DNA of 64,000 nt from Chitinophagales bacterium (GCA_020848475.1 JADKZZ010000042.1:4243-68242), one strand, 5' to 3'. Shown: positions 10,034 through 19,102, counted from the stretch's first letter. Notes: generated by a model not told the origin, from the letters alone. Numbers and translations are program-made.

Positions 10034-11122
10034 ATGCAAGAGAACGAAGAAATAAATCCTAAAGAAAATGAATTGAGCGAAGAACTTGCTGACGTAAATC
10101 AGGAAGAAGGAGATCAAGGACTTAAGCAATTCTTAGTAATTGTCAAAGAAATATTTGGCATCACTAAAAGCTATGCCCTCTTGTTTGTTATTCCAATTAT
10201 TCTTACTGGTTTGTATGGTTACTACAAAGGCTCTTTAGTGAAACCTACTTATACAGCAAAAGTAACTTTCTTCCTCTCAGAAGAGCGTCCACAATTGCCT
10301 GGTACAACTAATTTTGCTAACTTATTACAGACAACAAATACCAACTTCGGAAATCCCAAAAAATTAAAAGAATACGCTTTTACTGAAAAAGTAGGCTCTA
10401 AAATGTTGTTTAAAAAACAAGTGTTCAGAGGAAGAGAAGATTATTTGGCAAATCATTATTTGAGATTAACATCAGGCTATAAAGAAAGCTACTTTCGCGA
10501 TTTTACTACGGTTAGCGATATGAGCATTCCAGATTATTTAGTGTTTAAAAAAATACTAAAAAATATCAGAGAAATGGTAACTGTTGATTATAATGAAGCT
10601 GAAATTTATTCTATTACAGCAACCACTGGCGATGAAGAATTTTCGAAATTATTGTGTGATTGTTTCTATAATAACTTAATCGACTATTATATTGATCGTG
10701 CAACTCGTAAAGCAAAAATTACTGTTGACTTCTTGGAAGAGAAATTAGCATACGTAAAAGCTCAATTGGAAAACTCTGAGTTTAATTTAGCAGATTATAA
10801 AGATAAAGCCAATAACTTGGTTACCTTTAAAGCCGATTTGAATGAAACAAGATATCTTAGAAATAAAGCTTTGTTAGAAGCATTATATTCCATGACTGCA
10901 ACAGCACTAGAAGGTTCTAAGACGAATTATCAATCTATCATGCCTTTATTCCAAACAATTGATGAACCACATTTACCACTACAAAAAAATGTAGTATCCA
11001 CACGTAAGCAATTTATTATGTTTATGCTTATTGGTGTATTCATTGATATCATCATCATTATAGGTATTTACATCAGACGTCATTTTTGGTCATCAATCAA
11101 AGAGACGATAAAAGCAGCGTAG
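10034..11122 (+). CDS. Wzz-like chain-length-determinant / polysaccharide co-polymerase protein with no kinase domain
   Basis: Two membrane helices (YALLFVIPIILTGLYGYY near the N-terminus and FIMFMLIGVFIDIIIIIGIYI at the C-terminus) flank a coiled-coil-like periplasmic region. The gene lies directly after the Wza-like gene. I placed the start at the ATG at 10034 because the track start at 10004 overlaps the wza-like 3' end. Confidence 0.55.
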   Translation: MQENEEINPKENELSEELADVNQEEGDQGLKQFLVIVKEIFGITKSYALLFVIPIILTGLYGYYKGSLVKPTYTAKVTFFLSEERPQLPGTTNFANLLQTTNTNFGNPKKLKEYAFTEKVGSKMLFKKQVFRGREDYLANHYLRLTSGYKESYFRDFTTVSDMSIPDYLVFKKILKNIREMVTVDYNEAEIYSITATTGDEEFSKLLCDCFYNNLIDYYIDRATRKAKITVDFLEEKLAYVKAQLENSEFNLADYKDKANNLVTFKADLNETRYLRNKALLEALYSMTATALEGSKTNYQSIMPLFQTIDEPHLPLQKNVVSTRKQFIMFMLIGVFIDIIIIIGIYIRRHFWSSIKETIKAA

Positions 11123-11134
11123 CTTATTATTATC

Positions 11135-11683
11135 ATGAAAGTCATTACTACACCAATAAACGATTTGTTTGTAATTGAACCAAGTGTTTTTGCTGACAAT
11201 AGAGGTTTTTTCTACGAAAGTTATAATGCCGAAAAATTAAAAGCATTCGGTATTAATTACGAGTTTGTCCAAGATAATCACTCCAAATCAAGTTATGGCG
11301 TCTTGCGTGGTTTGCATTATCAAAATAATCCTTATGCACAAACAAAATTAGTGCGTGTAACACATGGAAAAGTGTTAGATGTTGCGGTAGATATTAGAAG
11401 AAATTCGTCAACATATTTGCAACATTTTTCTATTGAATTATCAGCAGAAAATAAACTTCAATTGCTTATTCCACCAGGCTTTGCGCATGGCTTTGTAGTG
11501 CTATCTGAAACTTGTGAATTCTTATATAAATGCGATAATTACTACAATAAATCTGCTGAAGGTGGAATTGCTTATAATGATTCTTCCTTGCAAATCGACT
11601 GGAAAATTCCTGCAAATGATATTGTCTTAAGTGAGAAAGATCAGCTTAATCCAAGTGTTGAACACGCTAATTTCAATTTTTAA
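11135..11683 (+). CDS. rfbC: dTDP-4-dehydrorhamnose 3,5-epimerase
   Basis: The segments DNRGFFYESYN, RGLHYQ and PPGFAHGF are characteristic of RmlC. Length is 182 aa. Confidence 0.95.
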   Translation: MKVITTPINDLFVIEPSVFADNRGFFYESYNAEKLKAFGINYEFVQDNHSKSSYGVLRGLHYQNNPYAQTKLVRVTHGKVLDVAVDIRRNSSTYLQHFSIELSAENKLQLLIPPGFAHGFVVLSETCEFLYKCDNYYNKSAEGGIAYNDSSLQIDWKIPANDIVLSEKDQLNPSVEHANFNF

Positions 11684-11692
11684 TTTTTTATC

Positions 11693-12460
11693 ATGATTCA
11701 AGAAATAATTAAAATTGCCATTCAAGCAGGAGATGCTATTTTAGATATCTATAAACAAGATTTTGATGTGGAAATAAAAAGCGATCAGTCGCCTTTAACA
11801 CAAGCTGATAAAAATGCAAATGAAATTATTGTTGCTGGATTGCAGCGATTAGATAAAAATATTCCAATCATTTCTGAAGAGAATAAGCTAACCGATTATA
11901 GTATTCGAAAAAATTGGACTACGTGTTGGATGGTTGACCCGCTTGATGGCACTAAAGAATTTATTAAGAAAAATGGAGAGTTTACTGTAAATATAGCTTT
12001 AATACAAAATGACATTCCATTCCTTGGTGTTGTGCATGTGCCAGCCCAAAACATTACCTATTTTGCTGTAAAAGGAAAAGGTAGTTTTAAAATTAAAGAT
12101 ACTGAAACGACTAAGCTGGCGATTAGACCTTTAGCTGCTGATGGTACTTTGAAAATTGTAGGCTCGCGTTCACACCAAACTCCTGAATTATTAAATTATG
12201 TAGCGCAGCAACAATCAAAATTTGAAAAAGTCGATTTTGTTGCAGCAGGTAGTTCACTTAAGTTTTGTCTATTAGCAGACGGTATGGCTGATGTCTATCC
12301 ACGTCTTGGACCTACTATGGAATGGGATACTTGCGCTGGACAAATCGTAGCAACAGAAGCTGGCGCCATTGTTCTCCAATTCGATAATAATGAACCACTA
12401 TTGTATAATAGAGAAAACCTGTTGAATCCTTATTTTATTGTAAAACATCCAGATTTATAA
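11693..12460 (+). CDS. cysQ: 3'(2'),5'-bisphosphate nucleotidase
   Basis: The inositol-monophosphatase-fold motifs are present: ISEE, WMVDPLDGTKEF, and GSSLKFCLLADGMADVYPR followed by WDTCAG. Confidence 0.85.
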   Translation: MIQEIIKIAIQAGDAILDIYKQDFDVEIKSDQSPLTQADKNANEIIVAGLQRLDKNIPIISEENKLTDYSIRKNWTTCWMVDPLDGTKEFIKKNGEFTVNIALIQNDIPFLGVVHVPAQNITYFAVKGKGSFKIKDTETTKLAIRPLAADGTLKIVGSRSHQTPELLNYVAQQQSKFEKVDFVAAGSSLKFCLLADGMADVYPRLGPTMEWDTCAGQIVATEAGAIVLQFDNNEPLLYNRENLLNPYFIVKHPDL

Positions 12461-12479
12461 GCCAGTTTTTTTGACTGAC

Positions 12480-13391
12480 TTATATATTATCGACAGAAAA
12501 GTCTATCGTTTTTTTGTAAAATTCTTCGTTTGCAGCACTAAGTGTATTTTGTAATAATGAAGCCACCGTCATTAAACCTACGCCACCAGGAACTGGCGAA
12601 ATAAAACTACATTTCTTACTTACATTTTCAAAGTCAACATCGCCATATAAGCGAAATCCTGATTTTGTGCTGGCATCATCTACACGTGTAATACCTACGT
12701 CAATTACAACAGCGCCTGGCTTTACCATATCCGCTGTTAAAAACTTAGGTTTGCCAAGTGCAGCAATGATAATATCCGCTTCTAATGTGTATTTAGATAA
12801 ATCATTAGTTTTGCTATGGCAAATCGTTACCGTGCAATTGCCAGGCTGGCTTCGTCGCTGCATTAATAAACTCATTGGCAAGCCTACAATATTACTTCTG
12901 CCGATAACTACGCAATGTTTTCCTTCCGTTTCAATATTATATCTGTTCAACATTTCTAAAATTCCTTTTGGCGTGGCAGAAATATAACTCGGCAGGTGCA
13001 ATGTCATACGACCTACATTCATCGGATGAAATCCGTCAACATCTTTTTCTGGCGCAATCGCGAGCAGAATTTTTTCCTCGTCAATATGTTTAGGTAATGG
13101 CAATTGAACAATAAATCCATCAATAGAATCATCATTGTTGAGCTGGTTTATTTGTGTAATCAGCTCGTTTTGTGTGATATCACTTTCCAATCTAATCAGT
13201 GTGGATTTAAATCCTACTTCTTCACAAGATTTTACTTTACTAGCTACATAAGTTCGACTTGCACCATCATTTCCTACTAGAATTGCCGCTAAATGAGGTG
13301 CTTTTTTTCCACTCAACACCATTTTTTTTACTGTATCGGCAATTTCAGCCTTTATTTCAGCTGATAATTTTTTGCCATCTAATATTTGCAT
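12480..13391 (-). CDS. folD: Bifunctional methylenetetrahydrofolate dehydrogenase / methenyl-THF cyclohydrolase
   Basis: The N-terminus [14 protein letters not shown] is FolD-like. The protein also has the motifs QLPLP and DVDGFHP, and the NADP-binding motif [12 protein letters not shown]. An alternative ATG at 13406 would add five residues. Confidence 0.95.
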   Translation of the reverse strand: MQILDGKKLSAEIKAEIADTVKKMVLSGKKAPHLAAILVGNDGASRTYVASKVKSCEEVGFKSTLIRLESDITQNELITQINQLNNDDSIDGFIVQLPLPKHIDEEKILLAIAPEKDVDGFHPMNVGRMTLHLPSYISATPKGILEMLNRYNIETEGKHCVVIGRSNIVGLPMSLLMQRRSQPGNCTVTICHSKTNDLSKYTLEADIIIAALGKPKFLTADMVKPGAVVIDVGITRVDDASTKSGFRLYGDVDFENVSKKCSFISPVPGGVGLMTVASLLQNTLSAANEEFYKKTIDFSVDNI

Positions 13392-13434
13392 GACGAAATT
13401 TTGCATAAAAATAGGTAAGATAATTTCGAATGCT

Positions 13435-13442
13435 TAGTTTTG
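13435..13442 (+). promoter_or_regulatory. Candidate -7 promoter box (TAGTTTTG) for udk
   Basis: The sequence matches TAnnTTTG exactly and lies 22 nt upstream of the ATG at 13464. It overlaps the TTG at 13440 that the ORF track used as the start. Confidence 0.4.
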
Positions 13443-13463
13443 GAGAATATTTTTTTTAAAAAG

Positions 13464-14099
13464 ATGAATCAACGACCATTTATTATTGGCATTTCAGGTG
13501 GAAGTGGCAGCGGAAAAACCACATTTGTAAATGAATTGGCAAAAAGCTTTTCGCCAGAACAAGTTTGTATTTTAAGTCAAGATAATTATTACAAACCACG
13601 TGAAGAGCAAATAATTGATAATGCAGGAGAAAAAAATTTTGACTTGCCTGAATCTTTTAGAGAAGCAGAATACCATAATGATGTATTGCGCTTGCTAAAT
13701 GGCGAAGATGTAGTTTTGAAAGAATATGTGTACAACAATCCATTGGCAGCTCCAAAATTGATTACTTATAAGTCGGCTCCAATTGTAATAATCGAAGGCA
13801 TATTTGTGTTTCATTTTAAAGACGTATCTGATTTGATGGATTTTAAAATATTTATTGATGCCGACGAACATATCAAACTTATTCGTAGAATAAAACGCGA
13901 TCAAATAGAGCGAAACTATCCGATTGAAGATGTATTGTATCGTTACCAAAATCACGTGTTTCCATCATACCAAAAATTTATTTTGCCTTATAAACCAGCT
14001 TGCGATATCGTTGTAAATAACAATGTCAATTTCGAAAATGCACTCAATACGGTGAAGCTTTCTATTAAAGAAAAATTAGATGGCTGGAAACAAAATTAA
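13464..14099 (+). CDS. udk: Uridine kinase
   Basis: The P-loop IIGISGGSGSGKTT is present. A downstream segment (FDLPESF...IIEGIFVF) matches the Udk family. Confidence 0.9.
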   Translation: MNQRPFIIGISGGSGSGKTTFVNELAKSFSPEQVCILSQDNYYKPREEQIIDNAGEKNFDLPESFREAEYHNDVLRLLNGEDVVLKEYVYNNPLAAPKLITYKSAPIVIIEGIFVFHFKDVSDLMDFKIFIDADEHIKLIRRIKRDQIERNYPIEDVLYRYQNHVFPSYQKFILPYKPACDIVVNNNVNFENALNTVKLSIKEKLDGWKQN

Positions 14100-14824
14100 C
14101 CTTCAAAATTAATAGAGAAAGTAAACGTACGATTGTATAAGCCTTTCATGTATTTGGAATAAGGCAATGTGCTGTTTTGCTGATGTATATTGAGTACGGT
14201 ATTAAACACTCTGAATTCTGGTGAAAAAATAAACAATGGAAAATGAATTTCCATACCGACACCATAGTTTACACCAAAATCATGTGCCGACATTTTAGGC
14301 ATGTCTTCATCGCGTCTTGCTTTGAAATTGCCACCAATATCATAACCATATTTTAAGCCAGCAATAAGATATAATTTTACATCGCGCAGTGGCTCTGATT
14401 TTATTTTTAACTCGACAGGTAAATCGAAAAATATTTGATCGATTTTTTTGGTCACTTTTGTTTCATCAGCAAAGCCATAATTCAATTCTTTATTTGAAAA
14501 CGCAAATCCGGGCACTGTTCTGATTTCTAAATATTTATTGATATGGTAGCTGATAAGCGCTGCAATTTCAAAATTATAACCATATTTAGATTTGATAGTC
14601 AAAATACTATCACTACTACCAAATAAGGCATTGTGACGAATTTTAAAATCGCCTAATCCTGCGCCAAGATGAATGCCAAAGTGGTAGCGTTTGCGCGAAA
14701 ATTTTAAGTCGTTTTCCATCACATTGCGCTGTGCAAAGGCGAATATTGGTAGAAGTATTAATACGATAAGTATTATTTTTCTGCAATGTATATGGTGCTT
14801 ATGCCAAAAGTGAGTGGTATGCAT
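14096..14824 (-). CDS. porT: PorT-like outer-membrane beta-barrel protein
   Basis: The hydrophobic signal region ends in AFAQ. The rest shows an alternating aromatic/aliphatic beta-strand pattern with a terminal aromatic-rich strand (TFTFSINFEG). The size (about 240 aa) and the position directly downstream of ubiE match the PorT/SprT arrangement I recall in Bacteroidota genomes. The family assignment was not verified by any search. Confidence 0.5.
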   Translation of the reverse strand: MHTTHFWHKHHIHCRKIILIVLILLPIFAFAQRNVMENDLKFSRKRYHFGIHLGAGLGDFKIRHNALFGSSDSILTIKSKYGYNFEIAALISYHINKYLEIRTVPGFAFSNKELNYGFADETKVTKKIDQIFFDLPVELKIKSEPLRDVKLYLIAGLKYGYDIGGNFKARRDEDMPKMSAHDFGVNYGVGMEIHFPLFIFSPEFRVFNTVLNIHQQNSTLPYSKYMKGLYNRTFTFSINFEG

Positions 14825-15489
14825 TCTATATTTTTATATCCAGCGTATTGTAATAGCTCTACAAATTTTTTTCCATCGGGAAAAATACGCACACTTTCTG
14901 GTAAATAAGTGTAAGCACGTGCATCTTTAGAAACTAATTTGCCAATAAACGGTAAAACGTTACAAAAGTAAAAATAGTATAGTTTTTGAATAAGCCAATT
15001 ATTTGGCTTGGAAAATTCGAGAATAAAAACTTTTCCGCCAGGCTTCAATACTCTACGCATTTCTTTTAATCCGATATTGACATTCTCAAAATTGCGAACG
15101 CCAAATGATACACTTACTGCATCAAACGTATTCTCTGCAAACTGTATATTCTCACTATCGCCAACTTGTAATTGGATGTTTGGCAAATGACGTGTTTTGG
15201 TTTTACCGATTTCCAGCATTTTTTCAGAAATATCAATTCCAATTATTTGTTCTGGATGTAGTTTTGTTTCCGCAATGGCTAAGTCAGCAGTGCCAGTTGC
15301 AACATCTAAGATGCGCTTAGGTTTTGTTTTTCCGATGAGCTTTACTAATTTTCTGCGCCATAGCTTATCTATGCCTACTGAAAAAAAGTGATTCAGAAAA
15401 TCATAAGTACCAGCTACATTATTAAACATTGTAGCTACTTGTTCTTTTTTGCTTTCGCCTGAATTATATGGTGTTAACGGTGTTCCCAT
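14773..15489 (-). CDS. ubiE: Demethylmenaquinone / ubiquinone-menaquinone biosynthesis C-methyltransferase
   Basis: The protein has the SAM-binding motif ILDVATGTADLAI and an UbiE/MenG-type N-terminal region (VATMFNNVAGTYDFLNHFFSVGIDKLWR). Confidence 0.9.
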   Translation of the reverse strand: MGTPLTPYNSGESKKEQVATMFNNVAGTYDFLNHFFSVGIDKLWRRKLVKLIGKTKPKRILDVATGTADLAIAETKLHPEQIIGIDISEKMLEIGKTKTRHLPNIQLQVGDSENIQFAENTFDAVSVSFGVRNFENVNIGLKEMRRVLKPGGKVFILEFSKPNNWLIQKLYYFYFCNVLPFIGKLVSKDARAYTYLPESVRIFPDGKKFVELLQYAGYKNIECIPLTFGISTIYIAEK

Positions 15490-15609
15490 TTTTTTTATAG
15501 TAAGTATTCAAAAGAAATTCCTTTCTGAACAACTATTCTACACAAAAGTAGAAATTAAATACCAATCTCTCAAAAAATGTCCTCATCTTTGCATTAATTA
15601 ATCTTCAAT

Positions 15610-16215
15610 TTGATACAGTCAGCAAAATTTATAGGCGCATTTCCGAAAACAGACGATTGTCCGACGACAAACTTGTCGGAATTTGCATTCATCGGAAGAA
15701 GCAATGTCGGCAAATCTTCTTTAATAAATTTGCTCACCAACAGAAAAGATTTGGCAAAAGTGTCGAAAACACCTGGAAAAACACAAACGATAAATTTTTT
15801 CTTGATTGACGAAAGTTGGTATTTAGTCGATTTGCCTGGCTATGGATATGCACGTGTATCAAAAAGCACGCGCGAAGTATTTAGTAAAATGATAAAATAC
15901 TATATTTCCCATCGCGAGCAATTGTTAAACTTATTTGTATTAATAGATGCTACGATTACACCACAAAAAATAGATTTAGATTTTATCAATTGGTTAGGTG
16001 AAATGCGCATTCCATTTTCTATTATTTTTACAAAAACAGATAGAGATAAAACGCTCGCTATTCAAAAAAATGTAAAATTATTTAAACAAAAAATGTTGGA
16101 AAGTTGGACAGCATTGCCGCCCATGTTCCTCACTTCTTCAGAAAAAAATAGAGGTGGCAAAGAAGTAATCGATTTTATAAAAAATAGTATGTCTGAAGAA
16201 GAAACAGACATTTAA
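15610..16215 (+). CDS. engB: Ribosome biogenesis GTPase YsxC/EngB
   Basis: The GTPase motifs are present: G1 (GRSNVGKSSLIN), G3 (DLPGYGY) and G4 (TKTD). The start codon is TTG at 15610. Confidence 0.9.
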   Translation: MIQSAKFIGAFPKTDDCPTTNLSEFAFIGRSNVGKSSLINLLTNRKDLAKVSKTPGKTQTINFFLIDESWYLVDLPGYGYARVSKSTREVFSKMIKYYISHREQLLNLFVLIDATITPQKIDLDFINWLGEMRIPFSIIFTKTDRDKTLAIQKNVKLFKQKMLESWTALPPMFLTSSEKNRGGKEVIDFIKNSMSEEETDI

Positions 16216-16291
16216 TGTTGTTGTATAATTATCAACACATGTTTGGCAATATATTTGATGAATACACTAGTATTCAAGTAATTTTGTAATT

Positions 16292-17425
16292 GTGAAAAGT
16301 TTACGTAGTTATTTCTTATGGTGTTGCATACTATTATTAATGCCAAATATTTCCAAGAGCCAAGATGTTGACGGCATTTGGACTGGAAATTTTATTCAAT
16401 ATATTCATAATTATTATGACGTTGAATTGAAAGTGCAGAAATTAGCACCAGGTGATATATTTTCCGCTAGATTGCGCATAATGGATAGCTATTATTTTGG
16501 AGAATATAATGTGAGCGGTTATATCTGCAATAAAAAGTATCTAGAAATAACAACCATTGTATTGTTGCGCGAAAGTGGTCCTTCCAATTGGATTGATTGT
16601 CTAAACGGCACTTTCGATTTAAATGATGATGAAACCTTGTTGACTTTCACAGACACTTGGTTGCAACAGAATAGTAAAAACAATGCATGTAAGGTAAAAT
16701 ATATACAGAAAGACATGTTTCAATGCTTGCGCTCTGCTTATTTACATAAAGCAAAATATTTATCAGAAATTACAGCATTTGAACAAAAATGGAACGACGT
16801 TACCTTGGCAAGAAGCTTAAACAAAAAAGCATTGGAAGAAATGTTGGCAAATACAAAACCTTCCATTAAATCAACAAAAAAAGATAGCACACTTACAACG
16901 CCAACAAACATTAATGTAGCACCAGATACAGCCTTGTTAACTAATCAGTTTATTGCAGCATCTAAAACGGAACAACAAGTGAATATTGCTTCTAAATTAG
17001 AAGATTTTAATAAAACGGAAACGAAAATCGTTGCCAAAAATGAAGATAGAGCACCAGTAATCGATACGTATGAAAAAGTACAAACCAGAGACGTCGTTGT
17101 GAAAGATGAAATTGAAGTAAGTAGTCCTGAAATTACTATCGAATATTGGGATCGTTATAATGAAGATGGCGATTCTGTTAATTTGTTTATGAACAAAAAG
17201 CCAATACTTACGAATGTGCTTTTGACAAAGGCAAAAAAGACCATTGTCATTAAATTAGAAAAGGAAAAAAATTACTTGGTTTTAGATGCCATCAACTTAG
17301 GAAAAGAACCACCTAATACTGCATCTATAACGGTAAAAGATGGTAAAAAAATCCAAAATGTATCCTTAACTTCTACTATGCAAACTAGTGGAGCATTGAA
17401 AATTACCTATAAGAAGACACCTTAG
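16292..17425 (+). CDS. Secreted hypothetical protein with an N-terminal Cys-containing domain and a C-terminal W-D-x-x-x-E-D-G-D domain
   Basis: The start codon is GTG, and it gives the signal peptide MKSLRSYFLWCCILLLMPNISKSQ. I recognise no catalytic motif. Confidence 0.6.
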   Translation: MKSLRSYFLWCCILLLMPNISKSQDVDGIWTGNFIQYIHNYYDVELKVQKLAPGDIFSARLRIMDSYYFGEYNVSGYICNKKYLEITTIVLLRESGPSNWIDCLNGTFDLNDDETLLTFTDTWLQQNSKNNACKVKYIQKDMFQCLRSAYLHKAKYLSEITAFEQKWNDVTLARSLNKKALEEMLANTKPSIKSTKKDSTLTTPTNINVAPDTALLTNQFIAASKTEQQVNIASKLEDFNKTETKIVAKNEDRAPVIDTYEKVQTRDVVVKDEIEVSSPEITIEYWDRYNEDGDSVNLFMNKKPILTNVLLTKAKKTIVIKLEKEKNYLVLDAINLGKEPPNTASITVKDGKKIQNVSLTSTMQTSGALKITYKKTP

Positions 17426-17539
17426 TTGATTGTAATGTATTTATAATCAAATATTTGTACTTTTAAATAAGCTGTTTTAGTGTAATGTTATCATTTTTTA
17501 AAAATGAAGACTGCATTTTTAGAATTACAAAAAAAGTAT

Positions 17540-17547
17540 TATCTTTG
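17540..17547 (+). promoter_or_regulatory. Candidate -7 promoter box (TATCTTTG) for rpmE
   Basis: The sequence matches TAnnTTTG exactly and lies 20 nt upstream of the ATG at 17567. It sits inside the over-extended track ORF that starts at 17504. Confidence 0.45.
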
Positions 17548-17566
17548 CACCTCAAATTATACTAAA

Positions 17567-17815
17567 ATGAAGGCAGATATCCATCCAAAAGAATACAGAT
17601 TTGTTGTGTTTAAAGACTTTTCTTGCGATCACATGTTTTTAGGCAAATCTTGTGCAAATACTAGAGATACCATTAAATGGGAAGACGGTAACGAATATCC
17701 ATTAGTGAAATTAGAGGTTTCTAATATGTCTCACCCTTACTATACTGGTAAGCAAAAATTATTAGATACAGCTGGTCGTATCGATAAATTCAACAAAAAA
17801 TACGCAAAAAAATAA
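17567..17815 (+). CDS. rpmE: 50S ribosomal protein L31, type B (no CxxC zinc motif)
   Basis: The segments [19 protein letters not shown] and [11 protein letters not shown] match L31. Only two isolated cysteines are present and there is no CxxC pair. Confidence 0.9.
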   Translation: MKADIHPKEYRFVVFKDFSCDHMFLGKSCANTRDTIKWEDGNEYPLVKLEVSNMSHPYYTGKQKLLDTAGRIDKFNKKYAKK

Positions 17816-17837
17816 TTCATATTATTATAGCTATACA

Positions 17838-17865
17838 AACGCTCTGATTTCAGAGCGTTTTTTTT
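17838..17865 (+). terminator. Rho-independent terminator after rpmE
   Basis: A 9-bp stem pairs AACGCTCTG (17838-17846) with CAGAGCGTT (17851-17859) around the loop ATTT. A run of Ts follows. Confidence 0.85.
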
Positions 17866-17932
17866 ATGCCTAAACTAAGGAATTAGTGTTTTTTCACTAT
17901 GATTATAAGTGTATAAATTCTATTTTTACACT

Positions 17933-19102
17933 ATGCCGAAACATTCATTTGTACTCTTCGACGGAAATGAACGCGACAATTTATTACCACTAACTGCTAC
18001 TCGAGCGGTTGCTGCTATGCGCGTTGGTATTTTGACCATCAAAGAAAAATGGGAAAAATATTTAAACACGAAAGTTGGAATTGCAACACAAGCGTATTTA
18101 CAAGATAAATATGGAACCATAAATTCATCAGATGCTGTGATATACATCAATGCTTGTATTTTGCCAAACCCACAGTTAGTGGAGGCAATTTTGCAGTTAT
18201 CCGATAATAGCATTCTGAAAAATGGCAATCAACAAATCGCATTTTCTACAACTCAAAATTTAAGCGATTTATCAGCCATTCATACATATTCATCAAACCA
18301 TGAAAGTACATTTACAAATTATAAATTTGTCGAATTTCCTTGGTCGATTTTTACGCTAAATGGCAATGAAATTCGGAATGATATTCAGCTTTTAGAATTA
18401 AAACCAAATCCTGAAAAATTATCAAAAACAAATACAATTCTTGGACATGAAATTTATGTCGAAGATGGTGTGCAATGCGAATGTGCCATATTAAATGCAA
18501 AAGATGGACCTATCTATTTAGGTAAAGACAGCGAAATCATGGAAGCTTGCACCATTCGTGCACCATTTGCTTTAGGAGAGCATGCATGCTTGAAGATGCA
18601 AACAAAAATTTATGGCGACACAACAGTTGGGCCATATTGCAAAGTTGGTGGCGAAGTTTCGAATTCGGTATTTTTCGCTTATTCAAACAAAGGACACGAT
18701 GGCTTTATTGGCAATTCGGTAATCGGCGAATGGTGTAATTTAGGTGCAGACACCAATAACTCGAATCTTAAAAACAATTATGGAAAAGTAAAAGCGTATA
18801 ATTATCCAGCGAAAGATTTTATAAACACAGGCTTACAATTTTGTGGCCTAATTATGGGCGATCATTCCAAAAGTAGCATCAACACGATGTTTAATACAGG
18901 CACAGTTGTTGGTGTTTGTGCTAATGTATTTGGTGGCGGATTCCACCCTAAATTTATACCTGATTTTGCTTGGAATGAAAAAATATTTGAATTAGAAAAG
19001 GCGAATGAAGTGGCACAGCGCATGATGGAACGCAGAAAAATAAATTTTTCGGAAACGGATAAAGCAATTTTTAAATATATATTTGAAAATATCAATAAAT
19101 AA
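17933..19102 (+). CDS. GlmU-like putative sugar nucleotidyltransferase with a C-terminal left-handed beta-helix
   Basis: The N-terminus reads LFDGNERDNLLPLTATRAVAAMRVGI. The C-terminal half carries hexapeptide-repeat-like segments (IGNSVIGEWCNLGADTN, GLIMGDHSKSSINT). I placed the start at the ATG at 17933. Confidence 0.65.
   Translation: MPKHSFVLFDGNERDNLLPLTATRAVAAMRVGILTIKEKWEKYLNTKVGIATQAYLQDKYGTINSSDAVIYINACILPNPQLVEAILQLSDNSILKNGNQQIAFSTTQNLSDLSAIHTYSSNHESTFTNYKFVEFPWSIFTLNGNEIRNDIQLLELKPNPEKLSKTNTILGHEIYVEDGVQCECAILNAKDGPIYLGKDSEIMEACTIRAPFALGEHACLKMQTKIYGDTTVGPYCKVGGEVSNSVFFAYSNKGHDGFIGNSVIGEWCNLGADTNNSNLKNNYGKVKAYNYPAKDFINTGLQFCGLIMGDHSKSSINTMFNTGTVVGVCANVFGGGFHPKFIPDFAWNEKIFELEKANEVAQRMMERRKINFSETDKAIFKYIFENINK

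Noticed and set aside
15536-15553. The inverted repeat TTCTAC-N6-GTAGAA in the ubiE/engB divergent region, and TTGATT-N13-AATCAA at 17426-17450.
   Set aside because: Both have short 6-bp AT-rich arms, which are expected frequently by chance in intergenic DNA of this composition. There is no supporting context.
17567-17815. L31 type B as a Zur-regulated zinc-sparing paralogue.
   Set aside because: Type B L31 is, as far as I know, often the only L31 form in Bacteroidota. The gene has an ordinary TAnnTTTG promoter, and I see no palindromic Zur-like box. No second L31 is available in the window for comparison.
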